This document shows positions 21,322-30,704 of a stretch of DNA of 64,000 bases, piece after piece. The DNA is from Phycisphaerae bacterium. Lineage in GTDB: Bacteria; Planctomycetota; Phycisphaerae; UBA1845; Fen-1342. A program made the translations under genes and the position numbers. The DNA lies in the NCBI GenBank assembly GCA_963666925.2, contig CAXXTC010000001.1, forward strand, positions 16,435 through 80,434. The letters run 5' to 3'. Positions within the stretch are counted from its first letter, which is position 1. Every line of letters begins with the position of its first letter. The notes under the pieces were generated by a model. That model was given only the letters and a program-made list of their open reading frames with translations. It was not told the DNA's origin and made no database searches.

Positions 21322-23586
21322 ATGCGTACGCTCATGATCGCTATTGCGCTGGTGATGGGGCCTGCGCTGGTTTTGGGGCATGACTATCGACCCGGGGATC
21401 TGAATTCGCGGGAACGTCCTGCGCTGTCGACGACAGGAGTGCCGCCGATGGCTTCGCTACGCGAGTTCGCAACTGACACGGACGTCCTGCACTATCGGCT
21501 GGACATCGCCGTCGATCCGCAGGGAGGCTGGCTGGGCGGATCGAACACGATAACGGTGCGTAGCCTGAAGGATGGTCTGAGCACGTTTCGGTTCGGGTTG
21601 ACCGACGCGTTGACGATTGGCGCTATTAATGTCGACGGCGCGGCCGCCACATGGCAGCGGATCGATTCGGCGACGGTCGAAGTGGAGCTGGGGCGCTCCT
21701 ATGACGCGGATGAGACCTTCGAGGTTAACGTCGAGTACGAGGGCGAGCCGGAGTCGGACGGAGACTGGGGGTCGATCGTCTTCCGGCGTCGCAGTGACGA
21801 CGTCTGGGAAACCTGGACGCTGAGCCAGCCGTGGTGGGCGCACACCTGGTGGCCGTGCAAGGATTATATACCGGACAAGGCGACCGCCGACTTGCTCATT
21901 ACCGTTCCGAATGACCTGCTCGTAGCGTCCAACGGGTTACTGTTGGATGTGCAGGACGTTGGCACTGACCAGCGGCAGTTCCATTGGCGTACGGACTATC
22001 AAATCGCGACCTACCTGATCTGCATGGCGATCACGAACTACGTCAATTACCAGGCGACGTGGGAGCATGATGGCGGGGACATGCTGCTGGATTTCTACAT
22101 CTACCCGGAATGGGATGGTCCCGAGTATCGTGCCGCGCTGCTGGCCACACAGGACATGCTCGACGTGTTCTCCGAGCTCTATGGCACCTATCCATTCTTC
22201 GACGAGAAGTATGGCATTTACCAGTGGGCCTACGGCGGCGGCATGGAACACCAGACCATGACCGGGCAGAACTATCCCATCGAGTGGTTGACCGCACACG
22301 AGCTGTCGCATTCCTGGTGGGGCGATTCCATCACCTGTGCCACCTGGAGCGACATCTGGCTGAACGAGGGCTTCGCGACGTACAGCGAGGCGCTGTGGTT
22401 CGAGTTCAAGCCGGGCAGCCACGGTGAGGTCGCCCTGCACGCGGCGATGGAAGATCGCCGGCCGAGCCCCTCTCTGGAGTCGCTCTATGTTTACGACGCC
22501 AGTGACATGAACCGCGTCTTCGACCGGAACATGTCTTACCTGACGGGTGCCTGGGTGGTGCACATGTTTCGACACGAGCTCGGCGACGAGGCGTTCTTCG
22601 ATACACTGGCGGCTTATCGGGCGTTATACGACGGCGACAGCGCGACTACGGATGATTTCTGCGCCGTGGCCGAGATGGTGACCGGACGCGAGCTTACGCC
22701 GTTCTTCGAGGGCTGGGTGTACGGGCGCGGCTGGCCGCGCTATCGCTACGCCTGGCGTGAACTGGAGCTGGGTGGGCAGAGCTACGTGGAGCTATACCTG
22801 CTTCAGATGCGCAGCGCGGTGTTCCCATCGCTGATGACGATGACGCTCGATGTGGCGACGGATAGCGGCGGCAATGAGAGCCGCTACCAGATCTTCAACG
22901 ATGCGGAGGTCGAGCATTTCCTGTGGCCGGTGGCCGACGGCGTGATCCACGCGTTCGAGCTCGATCCGGACGGCTGGATCCTGCGTTATGACGACGAGCT
23001 GGCTGACGAGTTTGTGGAGGGTCCGCCGAAAGTGGTGGCGACCGTGCCGGCCCCGGAGGCGAGTGTCGAAGCCGGCGCCGTAGCGGAGTTGTCGGTCGCG
23101 TTTCACAAGGACGTGAACGTGGCGGCGAGTGATTTCGAACTGGTGGAAGCCGGCGGGGCTACGGTGGAGCTGACGCTGGCGTATGATGCCGGCACGTTCA
23201 CGGCTACGCTGACGCCGGCAGCACCACTGCCAGCGGGCAACTACACGCTGACGATCAACGACAGTGTGACGGATGTGGCGGCTGGCCTGGCGCTCGACGG
23301 CGAACTGGAGGCGCCGCAGAAATTTACGCTGCTGCCCAGCGGCGATGGTGAGCCGGGCGGGGCCACGGTGGTGCACTTTACCGCCGGCCTGCTGCTGGGC
23401 GATCTGAATTGCGACAACGAGTTGAATTTCGACGACATTGACGGATTTGTGCTGGCCCTCGGTAACCCGGAGGCATATGTGGCCCAGTATCCCGAGTGCA
23501 ACGCGGCCCGGGCTGACATCAACGGCGACGGTGCGATCAGCTTCGACGACATCTCGCCGTTCGTGTCGTTGCTGGGAGGTAGCTAG
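21322..23586 (+). CDS. Secreted M1 family aminopeptidase with Ig-like (Big_5-like) and dockerin-like C-terminal domains
   Basis: Signal peptide after GGAGG; DVLHY, WWPCKD, GGMEHQT, HELSHSWW...WLNEGFATYSE (HEXXH-X18-E); tail GDLNCD. Confidence 0.92.
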   Translation: MRTLMIAIALVMGPALVLGHDYRPGDLNSRERPALSTTGVPPMASLREFATDTDVLHYRLDIAVDPQGGWLGGSNTITVRSLKDGLSTFRFGLTDALTIGAINVDGAAATWQRIDSATVEVELGRSYDADETFEVNVEYEGEPESDGDWGSIVFRRRSDDVWETWTLSQPWWAHTWWPCKDYIPDKATADLLITVPNDLLVASNGLLLDVQDVGTDQRQFHWRTDYQIATYLICMAITNYVNYQATWEHDGGDMLLDFYIYPEWDGPEYRAALLATQDMLDVFSELYGTYPFFDEKYGIYQWAYGGGMEHQTMTGQNYPIEWLTAHELSHSWWGDSITCATWSDIWLNEGFATYSEALWFEFKPGSHGEVALHAAMEDRRPSPSLESLYVYDASDMNRVFDRNMSYLTGAWVVHMFRHELGDEAFFDTLAAYRALYDGDSATTDDFCAVAEMVTGRELTPFFEGWVYGRGWPRYRYAWRELELGGQSYVELYLLQMRSAVFPSLMTMTLDVATDSGGNESRYQIFNDAEVEHFLWPVADGVIHAFELDPDGWILRYDDELADEFVEGPPKVVATVPAPEASVEAGAVAELSVAFHKDVNVAASDFELVEAGGATVELTLAYDAGTFTATLTPAAPLPAGNYTLTINDSVTDVAAGLALDGELEAPQKFTLLPSGDGEPGGATVVHFTAGLLLGDLNCDNELNFDDIDGFVLALGNPEAYVAQYPECNAARADINGDGAISFDDISPFVSLLGGS

Positions 23587-23641
23587 CGGCACAACTCCAC
23601 AACGAACGTCCAACACGCTTCCCCATAGGCCACGTTGGATG

Positions 23642-23679
23642 CCCCCGTGCCCTCCCGGGCGCGGGGGATTGTTTGTTTT
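23642..23679 (+). terminator. Candidate intrinsic terminator between the two M1 peptidase genes
   Basis: cccccgtgccc-tccc-gggcgcggggg followed by attgtttgtttt. Confidence 0.55.
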
Positions 23680-23750
23680 CGGGGTTAGCTCCACGGTATG
23701 ATGCGGGTGGTGGTCGTCAGCGCGGCCTGACACGTACGCGGAGGCAGAAG

Positions 23751-26018
23751 ATGCGTTACCGGACCCTGGCGGGGGCGTTGCTGTTGTTGTTGTCGATCGT
23801 CGTTGTGCCGCGGGCTCAGGCCTGGCACCTCCCGCGTGGCCACCACGGCCATGCGCCCGTACTGTTGGCGGCTCCGCGGCCTGACGCACCCCCGCCGGTG
23901 GAACGCGACCTACGCAACCAGACCGACGTGCTGCACTACGATCTGACGCTCGAGATCAACTTCTCGGGCCGATCGCTGACGGGTTCCAACACGATGACCG
24001 TGCGCAGCCTGACGGATGGGCTGACGACCTTCTACTTTCGGCTGCACGACGTCTTCACGATTGACGCGCTGACCATCGACGAGACGCCGGTGGATTTCGC
24101 GTGGCTCGACGAAGCGAACGTGGAGGTCACGCTGGATCGTCCATACGACGCGGACGAGGAGTTTGCGCTGCGCGTGGAGTACCATGGTTCTCCGCAGCAG
24201 GGATTGGGATACGGCGGGATCTACATCTCGAGAGATCGGGCATTCTCGCTGAGCCAGCCGTGGTTTGCGTACACGTGGTGGCCGGCTAAGGACGACGTGG
24301 AGGATAAGACGACGGCGGAGCTGCACTTCATCGTTCCGGACGACATGACGGTCGCGTCGAACGGGGTGCTCCAGTCGGCTACGCCGGTAGGGACTGGTCG
24401 ACTGGAGTATTACTGGTTCACCGACTACCAGACGGCGGATTATCTCTACTGCTTCGGTGCGGCGGCCTACAACACGTTCTCGGACGTGTGGACTGACCAC
24501 GGCTATGCACTGCCGCTGGAGTATTACATATTCCCGGAGAGTGACACGTCGGCGCATCGGGCCGCGTGGCTCCAAGCGAATGAGATGATGTCGACTTTTA
24601 CCAGTCTCTACGGGTTGTACCCGTTCGTCATGGAAAAGTACGGCATGTACCAGTTCAGCAATGTGTACTTCAGCGGGATGGAACATCAGACCATGACGGG
24701 GATGATGGGGTTTGAGGAATCGACCATCGCGCACGAGCTGGCGCACCAGTGGTGGGGCAATTACGTAACCTGCGCCTCCTGGCACGACATCTGGCTGAAC
24801 GAGGGTTTCGCGACTTATTCGGAGGCGTTGTGGGAGCAGTACAAGCCGGGCAGCACGGGTTGGCCGGCGCTGCACGCGGCCATGGCGGAGCGGCGGCCGG
24901 CCCCGTCGCTGGGCACCGTGTACATCTATGACATCTCCGACTACGAACGGATCTTCGATTACAACCTCTCGTACCTGAAGGCGGCGTGGGTGCTGCACAT
25001 GCTTCGGCACGAGGTCGGCTACCAGGGGTTCTGGAACGTGCTCGGGACGCATCGGGGGCTGCATGAGGCTGGCACGGCCACGACCGAGGAATTTCGCCTC
25101 ACGGCCGAGGCTGCGACCGGGCGGGATCTGTCGGGCTTCTTCGACGGGTGGATCTATGGACGCGGCCGGCCGCGCTACGAGGTGGCCTGGCGCGGGTTCG
25201 AGCTGGAGGGGCAGCAGTACGTGTCGCTGTACCTGCGGCAGGTACGCAACGCGGTGTTCCCGTCACTGTTCACGCTTACGCTGGACGTGGTGGCCAGCGC
25301 CGACGGAGCGGTGAGCCAGCACCAGGTCTACAACGATGCGGAAGTCGAGCACTTCTTGATTCCGACCGAAGGTACGGAGCCCGTGGATTCATTGGAGATT
25401 GACCCGGACGAGTGGATCCTGCGTTATCCGATCGAGTGGGCGGGCGAATTCGTCGAGGGGCCGCCGAAGGTGATCGCGACAACGCCGGTGCCGGGGGAGG
25501 AACTGCCGATGGACACCGTGATGGCGCTGGAGGTGGTGTTTCACAAGGACGTGGTCGTGTCGGCGGAGCAATTGACTCTGAACGGGCCCGATGGTGCGGT
25601 CGAGTTTGATTTCGCGTACGACTCGCAGCGCTTTGCGGCCCAGATAACGCTGGCCGAGCCGCTGGCGTGGGGGGATTACGAGCTGGTCGTCAGCGACGCG
25701 GTGGTGGATCAGGCGGCGGGGCTGACGCTGGACGGCGAGCTGGAAGCGCCGCAGAAGTCGGCGCTGTTTCCGAGTGGCGATGGCGAGCCCGGCGGCGCGT
25801 TAGAACTGCCGTTCACGATCATCGGCCCCCTGGGCGATCTGAACTGCGACGGGTACGTCAATTTCGACGATATCGACGGATTTGTGCTGGCGCTGGTTGA
25901 TCCGGACGCATACGCGGCCGCGTGGCCGGAGTGTGATTACATACGGGCGGACGCGAACGGCGACGGAGCAGTCAACTTCGACGACATCAACGGCTTCGCA
26001 GCCCTCCTGGCGGATTAG
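23751..26018 (+). CDS. Secreted M1 family aminopeptidase, tandem paralogue with the same domain architecture
   Basis: Signal peptide after GGAGG; SGMEHQT, HELAHQWW...WLNEGFATYSE; tail GDLNCD. Confidence 0.92.
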   Translation: MRYRTLAGALLLLLSIVVVPRAQAWHLPRGHHGHAPVLLAAPRPDAPPPVERDLRNQTDVLHYDLTLEINFSGRSLTGSNTMTVRSLTDGLTTFYFRLHDVFTIDALTIDETPVDFAWLDEANVEVTLDRPYDADEEFALRVEYHGSPQQGLGYGGIYISRDRAFSLSQPWFAYTWWPAKDDVEDKTTAELHFIVPDDMTVASNGVLQSATPVGTGRLEYYWFTDYQTADYLYCFGAAAYNTFSDVWTDHGYALPLEYYIFPESDTSAHRAAWLQANEMMSTFTSLYGLYPFVMEKYGMYQFSNVYFSGMEHQTMTGMMGFEESTIAHELAHQWWGNYVTCASWHDIWLNEGFATYSEALWEQYKPGSTGWPALHAAMAERRPAPSLGTVYIYDISDYERIFDYNLSYLKAAWVLHMLRHEVGYQGFWNVLGTHRGLHEAGTATTEEFRLTAEAATGRDLSGFFDGWIYGRGRPRYEVAWRGFELEGQQYVSLYLRQVRNAVFPSLFTLTLDVVASADGAVSQHQVYNDAEVEHFLIPTEGTEPVDSLEIDPDEWILRYPIEWAGEFVEGPPKVIATTPVPGEELPMDTVMALEVVFHKDVVVSAEQLTLNGPDGAVEFDFAYDSQRFAAQITLAEPLAWGDYELVVSDAVVDQAAGLTLDGELEAPQKSALFPSGDGEPGGALELPFTIIGPLGDLNCDGYVNFDDIDGFVLALVDPDAYAAAWPECDYIRADANGDGAVNFDDINGFAALLAD

Positions 26019-26078
26019 CTCGCGGGTCTCGGGCCGCGGCGGGGTCGCTCTGCGGGCGTGTCTGCGTACAATGCCGGC

Positions 26079-26840
26079 ATGTTGTCTCAACTACGCATTG
26101 TTCTGGTGTCGCCCAGCGGGCCGGCGAACGTCGGGGCAGCCTGCCGGGCGCTGGCAAACATGGGGCTCTCTGATCTCGTGATCGTATCGCCGCGTTGTGA
26201 TATCAACGACGAGGCGGCCGTGGCATACGCGGCCCACGGGCACCGCGTGCTGACCCATGCACGCGTCGTGCCCGATGTTCCCACCGCCCTGAAGGATTGC
26301 GTGCGGAGTTATGCCGCGACGTCGAAGCTGGGGTTATATCGGCGGCAGGCCGCAATCACGCCGACCGAGGCGGCCACCGAAGCGCTGGAGCTGTTGCCAC
26401 GCGGGCACGTGGCGTTCGTGTTCGGCCGCGAGGATTTCGGCCTGCGCGACGCCGAGCTGTTGCACTTTGATCGCGTGGTGACCATCCCCGCGGACGAGGA
26501 ATACCCCGTGATGAACCTGGCGGCGGCCGTGGCTGTCGTGGTCTACGAACTGCGGCGGGCGTGGCTGGCGACGTCGGGCCGGCCGGAACTGCCGATGATG
26601 ATCGACTCCGGCCTGGCGGAAGATGTTCGCAAACAGGTGATGTTCGCCAAGCTGTTCGACGCCCTGGACCGGGTGGGGTTCTTCTTCGGGCAGAATCCGG
26701 ACCATCTCAAGTACGCTCTCCGGCACCTGCTCGGGCGGGTGGATCTGAGCGTCAACGAAGTGGATATCCTGATGGGTATGGCCAGCCAGATCCGCTGGTA
26801 CGTCGATCATCATCCGGAGCGAATCAACCCGCCCGAGTAG
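26079..26840 (+). CDS. trmJ: TrmJ/LasT family SPOUT tRNA methyltransferase
   Basis: LRIVLVSPSGPANVGAACRALANMG, VFGREDFGL, YPVMNLAAAV, LSVNEVDILMG. Confidence 0.88.
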   Translation: MLSQLRIVLVSPSGPANVGAACRALANMGLSDLVIVSPRCDINDEAAVAYAAHGHRVLTHARVVPDVPTALKDCVRSYAATSKLGLYRRQAAITPTEAATEALELLPRGHVAFVFGREDFGLRDAELLHFDRVVTIPADEEYPVMNLAAAVAVVVYELRRAWLATSGRPELPMMIDSGLAEDVRKQVMFAKLFDALDRVGFFFGQNPDHLKYALRHLLGRVDLSVNEVDILMGMASQIRWYVDHHPERINPPE

Positions 26841-26905
26841 CGACCACGGACGGGGATGGTACCATGCCGACAAATCGGCCGGCGGGCTGGCACGTGGAGG
26901 GTGGC

Positions 26906-28096
26906 ATGATGAGCTGCATGACTCGATACCTCGCAATGAGCATTGGGGTTGCCATAACGGCGTTGCTCGCGTCAGCGGCGCATGCGCAGCCGCCCCCCAC
27001 GTTGAACGAGCTGGCCGACTGGCACCAGCGGATCGTCCGCACGCGCGGAGTGGTGTCGATCGCAGACGGTCAGGCTGCCCAGCAGGCGATCCGCGGGTGG
27101 AATCTGGATTTTGGGGGGCTGCCCCCGGCACAGCGTGCCCAACTGGCCGAGCTCGAGCTGTACGCCGCCCTGGCGGTCGGGGACGTGCAGCGGGCCCAGA
27201 CGTGGCTGGACCTGCTCGAAGGGCAGACTGAAGACGAACGGCGGTTGCTTCAGGCCGGCTGGATGGTGGCGGTGGCGGCCGGCCGGGCGGACCTGGCCCA
27301 GCGCACGCTGGATCGGCTCAGCCGATCCGGGTTGGCGCCGGCGTCGGCCGTGCAGCAGCGTGCTGAGCGGTTGGACGCGATCGGCCGGCCTGCACCGGAA
27401 CGCAAGCTGGCTACTGACCACGGGCCCGTCGCGCTGCGCGACCGCGCGGGCGTCGTGCTGCTTCTGGATCTTTGGAGCCAGAATGATCCGCCCAGAGAGA
27501 AACAGGCGACGGCTCTATGTGATCTGTACGCCGAATTGCAGAGCGCGTCGGCGGGCACGCTGCTGGGTGTGAACACCGACGCGGCGAAAGATCTGCCGGC
27601 GGCGCAGGAATTGGCGAGCAAGTTGAAGTACGTCTGGCCGCAGCACTACACCGTACAGGATTCGGTTAAGCCGCCGCTGCCGGAGGCGCTGCACGTGGGT
27701 GCTAAGCCGGTGCAGGTGATTATCGGCCAGTTCGGCAACGTGCGGGCAGTGGGGACGGCACGCCAGGTGGCGTTTCAGTACGCATTGCGCGGAGCGCTGG
27801 CCGAGGCGCGTGGCGAGCACGTCGCGGTGTTGCCGCGAACGACCGACGGCGCGGTAGCGCCGCGGTTTATTCCCCACGCCCCGCAGGCGCACGCCCAGAA
27901 GCTGAAAGAGGACAAGCCGTCGGCGCGGGCGGAGTTGCCGAGCAACCCGGAAGCGCGGGCGCTGCTGGAGCGGGCCCGGCTGTACCTGAAGACAGGCAAG
28001 AAGACGGAAGGCCGGCGGTTGCTCAAGGAAGTGGCCGAGAAGTACCCGAATACGCGTGAAGGACGCGAGGCGCGCGAACGTCTCGGAGATATATAG
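26906..28096 (+). CDS. Exported protein with a TlpA/thioredoxin-like fold lacking CxxC and a C-terminal TPR-like helical pair
   Basis: Signal peptide ..LLASAAHA; IGRPAP..GVVLLLDLWSQND..LLGVNTD..YVWPQ (TlpA-like); C-terminal ARLYLKTGKKTEGRRLLKEVAEKYPNT. Start is uncertain. Confidence 0.65.
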   Translation: MMSCMTRYLAMSIGVAITALLASAAHAQPPPTLNELADWHQRIVRTRGVVSIADGQAAQQAIRGWNLDFGGLPPAQRAQLAELELYAALAVGDVQRAQTWLDLLEGQTEDERRLLQAGWMVAVAAGRADLAQRTLDRLSRSGLAPASAVQQRAERLDAIGRPAPERKLATDHGPVALRDRAGVVLLLDLWSQNDPPREKQATALCDLYAELQSASAGTLLGVNTDAAKDLPAAQELASKLKYVWPQHYTVQDSVKPPLPEALHVGAKPVQVIIGQFGNVRAVGTARQVAFQYALRGALAEARGEHVAVLPRTTDGAVAPRFIPHAPQAHAQKLKEDKPSARAELPSNPEARALLERARLYLKTGKKTEGRRLLKEVAEKYPNTREGREARERLGDI

Positions 28097-28110
28097 ACCA
28101 GCCGAGGAAC

Positions 28111-29148
28111 GTGGCGACCATGAAGGAACAATCCGCTGATATCCGCCGCCAGTTCGGCCGCGCGTTAAGCGTGTTCATTATCGTACTGGTGATTGGTGCG
28201 GTCGGATATTACCTGATCGAGCGGTCGCGCGGTTGGACTTTTCTGGATGCGGCCTACATGGCGGTGATCACCGTTTCGACGGTGGGCTTTCGCGAGGTGC
28301 ACGACCCGAGCCCGGCCGGGCGTATCTTCACCGTCGTTCTGATTCTCTTTGGCGTGGGCGCGTTCATGTACCTGGCCACGTCGGTTGCGAACTACGTCAT
28401 CACTGGGGAGATGCAGGGGTTATGGAGTCAGCGCAGAATGCAGAAGAAAATCGCCCAGCTCAGCGATCATTACATTGTCTGCGCCTTTGGACGCATGGGT
28501 TCGCAGGTCGCGGACGAGTTTCGCCGAGAGCGTAAGCCGGTGGTCGTCGTGGATCCGCGAGAGGAGGCTCTCCAGCAGGCACTCGACGAGGGGCACTACG
28601 GTCTGCTGGGCGACGCCGGCGATGATGACGTCCTGCGGCAGGCCGGCGTGGATCGAGCGGCGGGTCTGGTCTCGTGCCTGGATGATGACGCCGGCAACGT
28701 CCTGGTAGTGCTCTCCGCCCGCGCGCTGAACGAGCAGCTACCGATCGTGTCGCGTGCCAATAACCACGAGACGGCGTCCAAACTGATTACGGCCGGGGCT
28801 CATCGCGTGCTGTGGCCCTATGGTCTGAGCGGGCGGCGCATGGCGCAGATGGCGCTGCGACCAAACGTGGTCGAGTTCCTCGAAGTGGTCATGCACGACG
28901 AAGAGCTGGAGCTGATCCTCGAAGAACTGACGATTGCCCTGGGTACGTCGCTCGAAGGGGCGGCCATCGGATCGTCAGCCATTCGCGGAAAGACCGGGGC
29001 CATGCTGGTAGCGATTCGGCAGCGCACCGGGAAAATGCTGGTGGCACCCTCTGCGGAGACCGTTTTGCAGGCCGGCGATATCGTCGTGGCGCTCGGCACA
29101 CGCGAACAACTCGAGCTCCTGCGCGCGATGGCCGTTGGCACGGCGTGA
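28111..29148 (+). CDS. Two-TM potassium channel with RCK (TrkA-N and TrkA-C) domains
   Basis: YMAVITVSTVGF pore filter, HYIVCAFGRMG, GDIVVALGT. Confidence 0.92.
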   Translation: MATMKEQSADIRRQFGRALSVFIIVLVIGAVGYYLIERSRGWTFLDAAYMAVITVSTVGFREVHDPSPAGRIFTVVLILFGVGAFMYLATSVANYVITGEMQGLWSQRRMQKKIAQLSDHYIVCAFGRMGSQVADEFRRERKPVVVVDPREEALQQALDEGHYGLLGDAGDDDVLRQAGVDRAAGLVSCLDDDAGNVLVVLSARALNEQLPIVSRANNHETASKLITAGAHRVLWPYGLSGRRMAQMALRPNVVEFLEVVMHDEELELILEELTIALGTSLEGAAIGSSAIRGKTGAMLVAIRQRTGKMLVAPSAETVLQAGDIVVALGTREQLELLRAMAVGTA

Positions 29149-29162
29149 GAGGCCCCTCGTAG

Positions 29163-30686
29163 ATGTCCGCAACACTCCCCGATTTCGAGAGCTTCAAGCG
29201 GCTGGCGGCCCGGCACAATCGCGTGCCCGTGGTTGCGACGCTGCTGAGCGACAGCCTCACGCCGGTGAGCGTGTTCGCCCGGCTCGAGCAGCAGGCAGAG
29301 CGGGCGTTCCTGCTCGAGAGCGTAGTGGGTGGCGAGCGTGTGGCGCGCTATTCGTTCCTGGGGACTGGGCCGGCGCGGACGTGTGAAGTGGTCCGCGAGC
29401 AGGTCCGCTGGATGGACCACGCCACGGGCCGCGTCGTTGAACAGGAGCAGGCCGATCCGCTGGCGAGCTTGGCGGCAGAGTTGCGCAGGTACAACGCGCC
29501 GACGCTGCCGGGCCTGCCGAAGTTCCTCGGCGGCGCGATCGGCTATGCCGGCTACGACACGGCCCGCTACTACGAGCCGCTGCCCGCTGCGCCGGAGGAT
29601 GATCGGCACCTGCCGGATCTACTGTTCGACATCTACGAGACGCTGGTCGTTTTCGACCACGTGCACAAGGTGGTACACGTGGTCAGTCATGCGGAGATAT
29701 CGGACGGCGCGAGCGGGTCGCAATTGCAGTCGGCCTATGACGCGGCGGGCGAGCGCATCGCGGCGACAATCGCGAAATTCAGCGGACCGCTGCCGATTGA
29801 ACCGACGCAGGTAGCGCTGCCGGTCGCACCACTCACGCGGTACACGAGCAATTTCACGCCCGACGGATTCGAGCGAGTCGTTGAGCGCTGCCAGGAGCAC
29901 ATTCGGGCGGGCGACATCTTCCAGGTGGTACCGTCGCAGCGACTGCACGTGCAGACGGCCGCCGACCCGCTGCACGTTTATCGGGCCCTGCGCGTGATCA
30001 ATCCGTCGCCGTTCATGTTCTTGTACAAGAGCCCATCGGTGACGCTGGTGGGTGCGAGCCCGGAGATCATGTGCCGCGTGGCGGACGGAGTGGTCACGAA
30101 TCGGCCGCTGGCGGGCACGCGGCCGCGCGGTGCGATGCCGGCTGAGGACGAGCAGTTGCAGGCTGAACTGCTGGCCGACCCGAAGGAGCGGGCCGAGCAT
30201 ATCATGCTGGTTGATCTGGGGCGGAACGATGTCGGGCGCGTGTCGCAGCCGGGCTCGGTGCGCCTGCATGACGTGATGGTGGTGGAGTATTACAGCCATG
30301 TGATGCACATCGCCAGCACGGTGACGGGGCAGCTCAGGCCGGAATTGTCGGCGCTGGATGCGTTGCGGGCGACGTTGCCGGTAGGGACGGTGACCGGCGC
30401 GCCGAAGGTGCGGGCGATGCAAATCATTGACGAGTGTGAGCCGACGCGGCGTGGGCCGTACGCGGGTGCCTTGGGCCATATCAACTTCGCGGGGAACATG
30501 GACACTTGCATCACGCTGCGAACGCTGGTGATGCAGCCGGCCGGCGGGGGACGGCTCGACGCGTACGTACAGGTGGGTGCGGGTGTGGTGGCCGATTCAG
30601 TGCCGCAGCGCGAATACCAGGAGACGATCAACAAGGCCCAGGGGCTGTTGAGCGCGCTGGCGCTGGCGGAATCGGCGCTGAGCTGA
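29163..30686 (+). CDS. trpE: Anthranilate synthase component I
   Basis: FLLES, GDIFQVVPSQR, NPSPFMF, SPEI, RPLAGTRPRG, KERAEHIMLVDLGRND, GAPKVRAM. Confidence 0.93.
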   Translation: MSATLPDFESFKRLAARHNRVPVVATLLSDSLTPVSVFARLEQQAERAFLLESVVGGERVARYSFLGTGPARTCEVVREQVRWMDHATGRVVEQEQADPLASLAAELRRYNAPTLPGLPKFLGGAIGYAGYDTARYYEPLPAAPEDDRHLPDLLFDIYETLVVFDHVHKVVHVVSHAEISDGASGSQLQSAYDAAGERIAATIAKFSGPLPIEPTQVALPVAPLTRYTSNFTPDGFERVVERCQEHIRAGDIFQVVPSQRLHVQTAADPLHVYRALRVINPSPFMFLYKSPSVTLVGASPEIMCRVADGVVTNRPLAGTRPRGAMPAEDEQLQAELLADPKERAEHIMLVDLGRNDVGRVSQPGSVRLHDVMVVEYYSHVMHIASTVTGQLRPELSALDALRATLPVGTVTGAPKVRAMQIIDECEPTRRGPYAGALGHINFAGNMDTCITLRTLVMQPAGGGRLDAYVQVGAGVVADSVPQREYQETINKAQGLLSALALAESALS

Positions 30687-30704
30687 GTTCCGGGACGCTG
30701 CCGC

